DNA of 64,000 bases from an uncultured Eubacteriales bacterium (lineage in GTDB: Bacteria; Bacillota; Clostridia; Lachnospirales; Lachnospiraceae): the NCBI GenBank assembly GCA_949289065.1, contig CASEMA010000007.1, positions 14,967 to 78,966 on the forward strand, in the 5' to 3' direction. The notes below the pieces were generated by a model. The model saw nothing but the letters and a program-made list of their open reading frames with translations. It was not told the DNA's origin and did no database searches. Below are positions 1-7,507 of this stretch, piece after piece (position 1 is the first letter of the stretch; every line of letters begins with the position of its first letter). The position numbers and the translations under genes were made by a program.

Positions 1-16
1 AAGGCGGTGAGATAAA

Positions 17-1114
17 ATGACATGGATAAGCCATTGGGGGAGCGATTACTACTCGGATGTCATGGAACGCTTTGGAACGGCTCAGTGTAATAACGCTAAT
101 CTGATTTATACATATCTTGCCACACATGGATTTACGTCCCGAAATGCGATCATGGCCATGATCGGGAATATGATGACCGAATCTTACTTAAATCCAGGTC
201 AGTGGCAGCATGGCTATAGCCCATACGACGGGAATCAAGATAACGGTATGGGCTTAGTCGGATGGACGCCGTATTGGCGTATCACTGACTGGCTGGAAGG
301 TCATGGTTACAACCTAGGAGATCCGGAATCCTATGGATACGGGATGCTGGATAAGTTGATCGAAGAATGCTTTGACGCAAAGGAAGTGACATGGATAGCT
401 ACATCGAGTTATCCTATTTCTTTTGCTGAGTTTGCCACGGACACCACCCATGATATTGAGTGGTTGGCGAATGCCTTTTTATATAACTATGAGCGTCCAG
501 CGACGACGCCGCAGCCAGCCAGAGCCGAACAGGCCAAGAAGTGGTCAGAAATCCTTCCGGAAACGCCGATGGGGACGTTTGTGCCAAGATTGTCAATCTA
601 TGAACCGACAGATATGAGTGATACTGGGAGCGAAGCATATAAATATTATTTTAGCGAAAACCTGTACTATCGTTATGGCTATGGTATAGCTAACTGCACA
701 GCCTATGCGGCCGGCCGGTGGTACGAGATCACTGGCCAATATCCTGATTTTACGGCTGGCACGGGAAATGCGAATGAATGGTATGCGGACGCTATAGCCA
801 AGGGGTACGAAGTCGGACAGACGCCACGCCTTGGGGCCATCGCCTGTTTTGGATACACGCCAGGCGGGCATGTATGCGTAGTAGAACAGATCAACGATGA
901 CGGAAGTTTTGTGGTATCAAATTCGGCATGGAATTCGGATGGGGAAATGAACATACCACCATCGGGGATATTTAACGGTTTTCCGTGCTTTTACCTGACG
1001 ACTTACACAGGGACGCCGGGGAACCAGTTTCAGGGATTTATTTATCCGCCGAATATATACACGCCACCGGCGCCACCTAAAAAAGTGGCGCTTGTCCGGT
1101 GGATTCCAGGATGA
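17..1114 (+). CDS. Virion-associated peptidoglycan hydrolase: phage tail lysozyme domain plus CHAP domain
   Basis: N-terminal NA..IY.YL...G....AI..MIGNMMTES.LNPG.WQ (tail-lysozyme type); C-terminal NCTAYAAGRW...GNANEWY...GGHVCVVE (CHAP Cys/His). Confidence 0.85.
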   Translation: MTWISHWGSDYYSDVMERFGTAQCNNANLIYTYLATHGFTSRNAIMAMIGNMMTESYLNPGQWQHGYSPYDGNQDNGMGLVGWTPYWRITDWLEGHGYNLGDPESYGYGMLDKLIEECFDAKEVTWIATSSYPISFAEFATDTTHDIEWLANAFLYNYERPATTPQPARAEQAKKWSEILPETPMGTFVPRLSIYEPTDMSDTGSEAYKYYFSENLYYRYGYGIANCTAYAAGRWYEITGQYPDFTAGTGNANEWYADAIAKGYEVGQTPRLGAIACFGYTPGGHVCVVEQINDDGSFVVSNSAWNSDGEMNIPPSGIFNGFPCFYLTTYTGTPGNQFQGFIYPPNIYTPPAPPKKVALVRWIPG

Positions 1115-1135
1115 GAAAGAAGGTGAGAGAAAAAA

Positions 1136-2068
1136 GTGGACAAACATATCGTAGAGGTATATGTATTCCGGGATGATTTAAAACAGACTATTTATTATAC
1201 GCAGGGCACGGACGCTCTGCCGATATTATTTTTGTTTAAAGATTATGAGATCCCAGAGGGCACAGCAGTAGATGTTTTTGTGGAGAAACCATCAAAAAAA
1301 GGCGTACAGTCCATGTCAGCCACATTGGATGTTGAAGAAAATTCAATCCTGGTAGACGTAGACAAGCAGATGGTCGCCGAAATAGGGACGGCTTACATGC
1401 AGCTCCGGCTGACGAAAGACGAAAAAAACCTTTTTACGTTTATCCAGCCAATCTGTGTGGAGCGCAGCGCGACACCGATTGACAGCGAGAACGGGATGCC
1501 GTTTTTGGATGAATGCATTGCCAGAGCCAATGAAGCCACGGAAGAAGCTAAAGTTGCCACGGAAGATGCCAGAGAAGTTGTCGCGGACATACAGCAGAAA
1601 GCGGAGAACGGAGAGTTTTCAGCCAGCATCACAGTCGGCGAAGTCATTAACGGCGAACCGGGGAGCGCAGCGTCGGTCAAAAACTCTGGCACCAAAAAAG
1701 ATGCTGTTTTTGATTTTGTTATTCCGACTGGTCCGCAGGGGCCAAGCGGTGTTATGGCTCCCTCTGCCGGAATGTTTAGCCTTTGGGTGGATCCGGCGAC
1801 AGGGAATCTCTGGGTGGATTATCCGGATGAAGCGGAAGCGCCAAATTTTCGGTATGACAGCGATACCGGAAATTTGTATTATGAGATAGAAAGGGAGGAT
1901 GGGATCATGGCATCATTACTCATTGGAAACGTGAGAAACCCGCTCATCAACAACGTGACTACAACGACGCCAGGTCAGGGAGCCCTGGATGCCGCAGTCG
2001 GAAAAGCATTGCAGGATGAAATTGAAACAATCAAAGAAACTTTAAAAAATGTATTATCAATACAATAA
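1136..2068 (+). CDS. BppU-like baseplate protein with short collagen-like GPQGPSG segment
   Basis: N-terminal YYTQG...ILF...V.VFVEKPSKK...G...MQLRLT pattern typical of upper-baseplate domains; located in tail module. Confidence 0.65.
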   Translation: MDKHIVEVYVFRDDLKQTIYYTQGTDALPILFLFKDYEIPEGTAVDVFVEKPSKKGVQSMSATLDVEENSILVDVDKQMVAEIGTAYMQLRLTKDEKNLFTFIQPICVERSATPIDSENGMPFLDECIARANEATEEAKVATEDAREVVADIQQKAENGEFSASITVGEVINGEPGSAASVKNSGTKKDAVFDFVIPTGPQGPSGVMAPSAGMFSLWVDPATGNLWVDYPDEAEAPNFRYDSDTGNLYYEIEREDGIMASLLIGNVRNPLINNVTTTTPGQGALDAAVGKALQDEIETIKETLKNVLSIQ

Positions 2069-2089
2069 TATTTCGAGGAGGAAATAAAC

Positions 2090-2974
2090 ATGTCAGTAAA
2101 CACAGTAAAATATACATTTCAGGGACAGACCTACGATTTGACGTATAACTCAGAAACGGGTAAATATGAGGGAACAATTCCGGCACCTGCAAAATCCAGT
2201 TATTCGCAGGCAGATCATAAATACGGCGGAACAGTTGTGGCCACAGACGATGCGGGGAATGAAACGACAGTAAGCGAGACCCACAGCACATTGGGAGAGA
2301 GTTTAAAAATCAGAGTCCTGGAAAAGGTGGCGCCGGTTATTACGATTACTTATCCAACAGCATCCGCGTTTATTACTAATGCCAATCCGGAAATCGCATT
2401 TAAGGTTACGGATGATGATTCTGGCGTGAATGCAGATACAATTAAACTTACTGTAGACGGTCAAGAGGTTGCGATTACAAAAACATCGGTCACCGGCGGA
2501 TACGAGTGCAAATATACTCCGGCTACGGCACTGTCCGACGGCGAACACACGATTGCAGTTAATGCATCGGATAATGATGGCAATGCCGCTGCGGCGAAGA
2601 GCGTGACATTTACCGTCGATACCGTTCCACCGACATTGTCTGTGACAAATCCGGCAGACGGTCTTGTAACAAACGAAGAAACACTGACAGTAACGGGTAC
2701 CACTAATGATGTCACCTCAAAACCGGTGACAGTGACCGTAAATGGACAGAGTACGACCGTCAATGCAGATGGTTCGTTCAGTAAGACAATTACGCTGACA
2801 TCTGGATCAAATGTTATTACAGTAGTAGCCACCGACAAGGCAGGTAAGAAGACCACAATAACCAGAAATGTCACACTGGATACGGGTGCGCCAGTGATTC
2901 AGGCGATCACCATTACTCCAAATCCGGTCGATGCCGGTCAGACATTTATCATCTCTGTAGAGGTGACGGACTAA
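2090..2974 (+). CDS. Phage structural protein with tandem Ig-like repeats
   Basis: Repeated D..AP.I.IT.P and V.ATD.AGN motifs, Thr/Val-rich beta strands; RBS GAGGAGG. Confidence 0.75.
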   Translation: MSVNTVKYTFQGQTYDLTYNSETGKYEGTIPAPAKSSYSQADHKYGGTVVATDDAGNETTVSETHSTLGESLKIRVLEKVAPVITITYPTASAFITNANPEIAFKVTDDDSGVNADTIKLTVDGQEVAITKTSVTGGYECKYTPATALSDGEHTIAVNASDNDGNAAAAKSVTFTVDTVPPTLSVTNPADGLVTNEETLTVTGTTNDVTSKPVTVTVNGQSTTVNADGSFSKTITLTSGSNVITVVATDKAGKKTTITRNVTLDTGAPVIQAITITPNPVDAGQTFIISVEVTD

Positions 2975-2978
2975 GTCT

Positions 2979-3254
2979 ATGGTTCGGAGAGTGTTTGGCA
3001 AAGCCAATGGGGCCAAAATTATATTTGAACATCAGGAAGGGGACTGGTGGCGCGTCACCGTCCCCTCAAACCTCCAAGGTGAATACATCGTGGATGTATA
3101 CGCCGAGGATGAGGCTGGCAATGTGGCCTATAAATGTAAAATGCTGTTTGCCATATGTGGTCACGAACTTCAGGCTTATGTTTTAAAAACGGGGTATCGT
3201 GCGGAAATGAAGGAAGGGGGATACAGCATTGAGTGTAGAATATGTGGGGGATAA
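2979..3254 (+). CDS. Small Ig-like phage protein
   Basis: GEYIVDVYAEDEAGN motif, same class as the repeats of the upstream protein. Confidence 0.6.
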   Translation: MVRRVFGKANGAKIIFEHQEGDWWRVTVPSNLQGEYIVDVYAEDEAGNVAYKCKMLFAICGHELQAYVLKTGYRAEMKEGGYSIECRICGG

Positions 3255-3519
3255 ATATGTTGACGCCGGTGAAAGAATCCATATTCGGTGCATCGTAAGA
3301 GCGAAATGTGGCCAGGACATCCCCTTTTCGATTCGGAGCGCCCGGTGGGAATTGTATAATCCAATGGGCGTGTTAGAGGCAGAAGGCGAATGCGAGATTA
3401 ACACCCACGAATTAGATGCGCTGGTCCAGCCGAAAGGCACTGGAAGATACAAGTTTAAATTTATTTATGAGGTGGCCGATGAAATCTGGATAGACCAGGT
3501 AAAATTAAGGGTGAATTGA
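3229..3519 (+). CDS. Hypothetical phage protein (TTG start; start uncertain)
   Basis: 96-aa ORF filling the gap in the tail operon; GGAAGGGGG 8 nt upstream of the TTG. Confidence 0.55.
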   Translation: MSVEYVGDKYVDAGERIHIRCIVRAKCGQDIPFSIRSARWELYNPMGVLEAEGECEINTHELDALVQPKGTGRYKFKFIYEVADEIWIDQVKLRVN

Positions 3520-3520
3520 A

Positions 3521-3685
3521 ATGAAAGCAAATATTATTATTGATGGCATACAGATAACCCCGAATCCGGTAGAGATCAAAAAAACATTTACAATATTGGT
3601 GGGAACTAAGGATGTGGCTTATGTCCTTGGCGAAGATGCCTATGCTTTGGCAGATATGGACGGGGCGTTGATCCGAACAGAATAG
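3521..3685 (+). CDS. 54-aa phage protein missing from the ORF track (MKANIIIDGIQITPNPVEIKKTFTILVGTKDVAYVLGEDAYALADMDGALIRTE)
   Basis: ATG 1 nt after the previous stop, TAG at 3683-3685; shares the ITPNPV....TF.I.V motif with the C-terminus of 2090-2974. Confidence 0.75.
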   Translation: MKANIIIDGIQITPNPVEIKKTFTILVGTKDVAYVLGEDAYALADMDGALIRTE

Positions 3686-3700
3686 AATGGAGGAATGGAT

Positions 3701-5080
3701 ATGGCAGAGACAACAACTACCGATGCAATTGAGACAAAAAAAGTTACAGACCTTGAAGAAAAAACGACACCGGAAGATGACGACCTTTTTATGGCCGGAG
3801 ACGCCGGAGAATCAAAATTAAAAAAAATAAAGTGGTCTAATCTGTTAGAAGCTGTTAAAGCAAAGATTGCAGAATGGGACTTTGAAACGTTGTCAACGGA
3901 GGATAAGACTGTCCCGGGGGCGTTGAACGAACTAAACAGTAACATAGGCGCATTAGGATCGTTGAAAACATCTATAAAGACGAGCATCGTTGGGGCTATC
4001 AATGCCCTCGCAACTATCGTCGACGGCAAGGCCAAGACTAATCACGCCTCAACAGCAAATACATATGGACTTGGCACAACGTCTAATTACGGGCATGTTA
4101 AGACGATTAACGGCCTTGGACAAACGGACCATGCCGACGGGACAGCCTTGTCAGCCTATCAGGGCTATGTGTTGGACAATGCAAAAGCTGCTACGGGAGC
4201 GGGAGAATTTGCGTCCTTAGCCGCTTTTATCAATTATGTGGGCCAAAGACCAAAACAAACATATATCGGCAAGTGGAAAGATACCGGCGGATGGATGCCA
4301 AGAGGATCAGCATGGTATCACGGGTTTTGCGTATTGCAAAATCCACCAGGGAGTTCTTCAGCTATTGATGGCATTGTAGTGTGTCAGTGTAATACAGACT
4401 TTTATTTTGGACGCATAAACGGCACAACGACACCAACTGCAACATGGCATCAGCTTGTAATGCCAAACAATAACGGCGATTTCGGGGAATTACCTTTTAT
4501 AAATGCCGGCATGATATCCGGAACCACGCCTCAATTATTACAATTATGGGCATCGGGTGAGGCTGACTTTGTATTGTGCCTCGGTGTGCGCAATGGCGCT
4601 TGGGGATTGAGTCCATTCAAGAACGGCTCGTTGCAGCTTGGCGCAGCAAATTATAAATGGGGCCAAGTGTATTCTAACGTAGCATCTATCAGTACATCTG
4701 ACAGAAACGAAAAACACGATATTCGCGATCTACCTGCGAATATAAAAGATTTTGTAATGGGATTAAGTCCTGTAGCCTACAAACTAAACGACGGAACTTC
4801 CGGGCGCTTACATTACGGATTAATTGCCCAAGATGTGGAATTATTAATGGAAAGCTGCGGAATGACTTCGGTGGATTTTGCTGGCTTTGTTAAGTCACCA
4901 AAAACCGAACCAGTATTCGATGAAGAGGGCAAAATCATCGAAGAAAAAAACGTTGAAGGTGAATATGTTTACGGCCTTCGTTACGATGAATTCATCGCGC
5001 CGCTGATTAAAATGGTTCAGATCCAGCAGAAGGAAATCGAGGAATTAAAAACACTGATAGAAAAGTCTACTGGAATGTAG
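3701..5080 (+). CDS. Tail fibre/spike with C-terminal intramolecular chaperone (peptidase S74-like)
   Basis: TSDRNEKHDI...LSPVAY...HYGLIAQDVE...LRYDEFIAPLIK.VQ.QQKEIEELK; ALNELNSN neck motif; GGAGG 7 nt before ATG 3701. Confidence 0.85.
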   Translation: MAETTTTDAIETKKVTDLEEKTTPEDDDLFMAGDAGESKLKKIKWSNLLEAVKAKIAEWDFETLSTEDKTVPGALNELNSNIGALGSLKTSIKTSIVGAINALATIVDGKAKTNHASTANTYGLGTTSNYGHVKTINGLGQTDHADGTALSAYQGYVLDNAKAATGAGEFASLAAFINYVGQRPKQTYIGKWKDTGGWMPRGSAWYHGFCVLQNPPGSSSAIDGIVVCQCNTDFYFGRINGTTTPTATWHQLVMPNNNGDFGELPFINAGMISGTTPQLLQLWASGEADFVLCLGVRNGAWGLSPFKNGSLQLGAANYKWGQVYSNVASISTSDRNEKHDIRDLPANIKDFVMGLSPVAYKLNDGTSGRLHYGLIAQDVELLMESCGMTSVDFAGFVKSPKTEPVFDEEGKIIEEKNVEGEYVYGLRYDEFIAPLIKMVQIQQKEIEELKTLIEKSTGM

Positions 5081-5092
5081 TCATAAGGAGAA

Positions 5093-5551
5093 ATGAGGGA
5101 AAAAATGAAAGTAATTGATACTTACAACATGATTGTTGGAGCAGCAGTGACCGTCATGATAGCCATATTTGGGGCCTACTGGTACATATTTGCAGCGTTT
5201 TTGATTTTTAATGTATTTGATTGGCTGACCGGATGGTATAAGTCCAGGAAACTCAAAAAAGAAAGCAGCGCTGTCGGTTTACAGGGAATTTTGAAGAAAC
5301 TGGGATACTGGGTTATAATTGCTGTGGCGTTTTTGGTTGCCAATGTATTTGTCCACATGGGAACAGATATTTTACACGTGGATTTAAGCTTTTTGATGAT
5401 GGTCGGATGGTTTACACTGGCCTGCCTGATGGTCAATGAGGCCCGGAGTATTTTAGAGAATCTGGTGGAGTGTGGATATGATGTGCCAAATGTCCTGATT
5501 AAGGGGTTGGCGGTAACTGATAAATTGATTAATAGCGATGAGGAGGAATAG
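5093..5551 (+). CDS. Phage holin (holin family 4-like)
   Basis: Several TM segments, DWLTG...SS.VG..GILKKL...NEARSILENL..CG..VP..L.K.L; directly before the endolysin. Confidence 0.88.
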   Translation: MREKMKVIDTYNMIVGAAVTVMIAIFGAYWYIFAAFLIFNVFDWLTGWYKSRKLKKESSAVGLQGILKKLGYWVIIAVAFLVANVFVHMGTDILHVDLSFLMMVGWFTLACLMVNEARSILENLVECGYDVPNVLIKGLAVTDKLINSDEEE

Positions 5552-5554
5552 AAT

Positions 5555-6403
5555 ATGGCAAAGATTTGGTTGAATGCCGGTCACGGCGGGAATGACCCAG
5601 GAGCATGTGCGAATGGAAGAAGCGAAGCAGTCCAGGTGGAAAAACTTACGAGAGCAGTTGGAGCGCTGCTTTCCGGTGCTGGACATACCGTTTGGTATAC
5701 AAGGGATGTATCGCCATATATGGATACCTATGTTCCACATGAAAATAATAAACCAGCGGACATCTTCGTGAGCTTCCACCAAAACGCCGGTGGCGGCCGT
5801 GGGTATGAGTCATTCGTTAGCGGCAATGATAACTGTGCGCTGGCTTGTGCAAAGGCGCTGGCCGAGGATATGGCCAAGATTTGGTCGTTACGTGGCAGCA
5901 CATACGGCGCCGGTGTTAAAAAGCATACGGAAGCCGCTGTCGGCTCACTGTATGTTGTAAGTGGTACAGTGTCGCCGGCGTTTTTAGGCGAGTTTGGTTT
6001 TATTGACAGCGCAGCCGACATGAAGATCTTTGATGAAAAATTTGATCATATTGCTCGATGTTGCGCAAACCGGATTTCGCTGGCCGTGGGCGGAAAGTCC
6101 ATCAGCAACAACACGGAGACAAAGCAGGAAACAACGACAAAGACGGAGGTAAATAAAGTGGATTGGAAATCAAAAGTAACAGATCTGTACATCACGCAGC
6201 TGGGCCGCGAACCGGATCCGGCAGGGCTGGCCTTCTGGGAGAATATCCTCAACAAAGGCACATTGTCTTGGGACGAGGTTGCCAACGGCATTATTGACAG
6301 CGACGAGGGGCGCAGGCGATTCATCCGAGAGCTGTATGTATTTTTGTTGAAACGTGAACCGGATGAAAAAGGAATGAATGACTGGGATGGATGCCATCGT
6401 TAA
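5555..6403 (+). CDS. Endolysin: Zn-dependent N-acetylmuramoyl-L-alanine amidase (Amidase_3) with DUF4214-like C-terminal repeats; last repeat frameshifted (continues 6387-6470)
   Basis: LNAGHGGNDPGA...E, FVSFHQNA, LGEFGFID; repeats LY...LGREPDPAGLAFW and LY..LLKREPDEKGM.DW. Confidence 0.88.
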   Translation: MAKIWLNAGHGGNDPGACANGRSEAVQVEKLTRAVGALLSGAGHTVWYTRDVSPYMDTYVPHENNKPADIFVSFHQNAGGGRGYESFVSGNDNCALACAKALAEDMAKIWSLRGSTYGAGVKKHTEAAVGSLYVVSGTVSPAFLGEFGFIDSAADMKIFDEKFDHIARCCANRISLAVGGKSISNNTETKQETTTKTEVNKVDWKSKVTDLYITQLGREPDPAGLAFWENILNKGTLSWDEVANGIIDSDEGRRRFIRELYVFLLKREPDEKGMNDWDGCHR

Positions 6404-6486
6404 AGGCATGACCCGGGCAGAAATCTATAAGGCGTTTGTTAGTAGTGATGAATTTAAAAGCAAAAAGTAAATCCAACATGTTTTCG

Positions 6487-6521
6487 AAGGCTCTCGGAAT
6501 TCCGGGGGCCTTATTTTTTTT
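6487..6521 (+). terminator. Intrinsic terminator of the late/lysis operon
   Basis: AAGGCTCTCGGA-AT-TCCGGGGGCCTT followed by ATTTTTTTT. Confidence 0.8.
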
Positions 6522-6528
6522 GTTTGCC

Positions 6529-6569
6529 TTGATTTTGGTAACCAATTATAGTATGATATAGGTAACCAA
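6529..6569 (+). promoter_or_regulatory. SigA-type promoter of the AbrB-like gene with two operator copies
   Basis: TTGATT(6529)-17-TATGAT(6552); TTGGTAACCAA at 6535-6545 in the spacer and TAGGTAACCAA at 6559-6569. Confidence 0.8.
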
Positions 6570-6586
6570 TAAAAGGAGGCAGGCAG

Positions 6587-6769
6587 ATGGTAGAGAGAAA
6601 TATAATTATTGCAAAGGCCGGAGGAACAGCCGGAAAGAATTCGGTGAATTATAAGATAAGTTTACCAGCAGAAATGGTAAAAGAGTTGGGGGTAACGCCA
6701 GAAGATAAAAGCGTCACCGTGTCTTTTGAAAATGGTAAAATAATTATAGAGAAGAAGAAAAATGCTTGA
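6587..6769 (+). CDS. AbrB/MazE/SpoVT-family DNA-binding protein (60 aa)
   Basis: YKISLPAEMVKELGV..ED..V.V.FENGKIIIEK swapped-hairpin signature; RBS AGGAGG. Confidence 0.8.
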   Translation: MVERNIIIAKAGGTAGKNSVNYKISLPAEMVKELGVTPEDKSVTVSFENGKIIIEKKKNA

Positions 6770-6794
6770 CATTGGTAACCAATAATGATATAAT
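6766..6794 (+). promoter_or_regulatory. Consensus SigA promoter with the same 11-bp operator
   Basis: TTGACA(6766)-17-TATAAT(6789); TTGGTAACCAA at 6772-6782. Confidence 0.85.
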
Positions 6795-6855
6795 ATAATT
6801 GTCAGAAGGGGAAACCTAATGACAATAACCGGGCAAGCGGAGGAAGGAGAACGAC

Positions 6856-6993
6856 ATGGAGGATATGGAAAAAGGCACCATAAAGGAAATGATTGAATGG
6901 ATGACTGAAAAAGGACATACAGAAGAAGAAATCATGGAATGTATTCGGCGAATGGTCGGAGCAAAGCCGAAAGAAAAAAATAAGGCTGAATAA
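6856..6993 (+). CDS. 45-aa small protein missing from the ORF track (MEDMEKGTIKEMIEWMTEKGHTEEEIMECIRRMVGAKPKEKNKAE)
   Basis: Own consensus promoter, AGGAG RBS 5-6 nt upstream, TAA at 6991-6993. Confidence 0.75.
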   Translation: MEDMEKGTIKEMIEWMTEKGHTEEEIMECIRRMVGAKPKEKNKAE

Positions 6994-7041
6994 ATCAGCC
7001 AGAGCATGACAAGGAGGGCGGGCTTGCCACCGCTCCCCGTC
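6974..7041 (-). ncRNA. Candidate ~68-nt cis-antisense RNA overlapping the 3' end of the 45-aa ORF
   Basis: Minus-strand extended -10 TGTTATAAT (7056-7048), GC-rich 5' hairpin (7041-7008), terminator GGCTGA/TCAGCC (7000-6984) plus UUAUUUUUUU. Confidence 0.5.
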
Positions 7042-7078
7042 AAAAGAATTATAACACAATTAATATATAAATAGGAAG

Positions 7079-7107
7079 AAAAAAAGCTCATACAGGGGGC
7101 TTTTTTT
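7079..7107. terminator. Bidirectional hairpin terminator just inside the prophage end
   Basis: AAAAAAAGC...GCTTTTTTT; on the minus strand it lies 14 nt past the stop of truncated cotJC. Confidence 0.65.
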
Positions 7108-7121
7108 AATGGAAATTATTG

Positions 7122-7232
7122 TCAGTCCTTGCAATACGGGCCTCCGTATTGGCTCATGATTACTTGGGCAATCTGAGCGTTTGGCTGTGTGATATTTACC
7201 GGATACTGCAATCGTTTCTCATAGTTCCACAT
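7122..7232 (-). pseudogene. cotJC: 5' fragment of cotJC (spore-coat Mn-catalase family), interrupted by the prophage
   Basis: MWNYEKRLQYPVNITQPNAQIAQVIMSQYGGP followed by YCKD*; strong RBS GGAGG; third gene after cotJA and cotJB. Intact CotJC continues ...YGG.DGEL. Confidence 0.9.
7132..7151. other. Candidate prophage attachment site (hybrid att; serine-integrase-like)
   Basis: Perfect 8-bp inverted repeat CAATACGG-GCCT-CCGTATTG centred where CotJC similarity ends. Confidence 0.75.
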
Positions 7233-7507
7233 GAGCAGTTACCTCCTTCCCATGGCCATTTTTGCTGAATCCACTCCCAGGAATTACTGGCAGTGTCGTT
7301 GGCGGTATCAATGGTTAAAGGACCGAAACGGCGGGCGTATTCCTTCAGGGCCGCGTTTCGCATTTCGCTGTGTTCGAGAAAATAGGACAGCGCCTCCGGG
7401 TTCTTTGGGTGGGAATCAAGAAACAGGGTAATATCATTTACGGCAAAGCTTACTTTATTAATATAATCCAATAATTGGGATTGGGAAAGTTGACATAGAT
7501 TTCTCAT
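7196..7507 (-). CDS. cotJB: Spore coat protein CotJB
   Basis: LLDYINKVSFAVNDITLFLDSHP...Y..RFGPLT...W.W....WPWE; ATG at 7507 overlaps the cotJA stop (ATGA). Confidence 0.9.
   Translation of the reverse strand: MRNLCQLSQSQLLDYINKVSFAVNDITLFLDSHPKNPEALSYFLEHSEMRNAALKEYARRFGPLTIDTANDTASNSWEWIQQKWPWEGGNCSCGTMRNDCSIR

Larger units (their letters stand above)
1..7141 (+). mobile_element. Right end of a prophage (tail, lysis and terminal module) integrated in cotJC; left part lies outside the window
   Basis: Co-oriented tail lysin, baseplate, fibre, holin and endolysin genes; abrupt switch to host cotJ operon at an inverted repeat at 7132-7151. No integrase in this window. Confidence 0.92.

Noticed and set aside
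3255-3275. Possible frameshift turning ATGTTGAC into ATG-TTT-GAC (MFDAGER...)
   Set aside because: The upstream TTG at 3229 has a reasonable RBS and an open frame, so no indel is needed.
3701-5080. DGR target or invertible tail-fibre shufflon
   Set aside because: No template/variable repeat pair, reverse transcriptase, invertase or inverted fibre cassettes in the window.
6587-6993. Classical type II toxin-antitoxin pair (AbrB antitoxin plus toxin)
   Set aside because: The downstream ORF is only 45 aa, has its own promoter and lacks PIN, MazF, RelE or Doc motifs.
6856-6993. Spo0E-like phosphatase or membrane-peptide toxin
   Set aside because: No SQELD motif and no hydrophobic segment.
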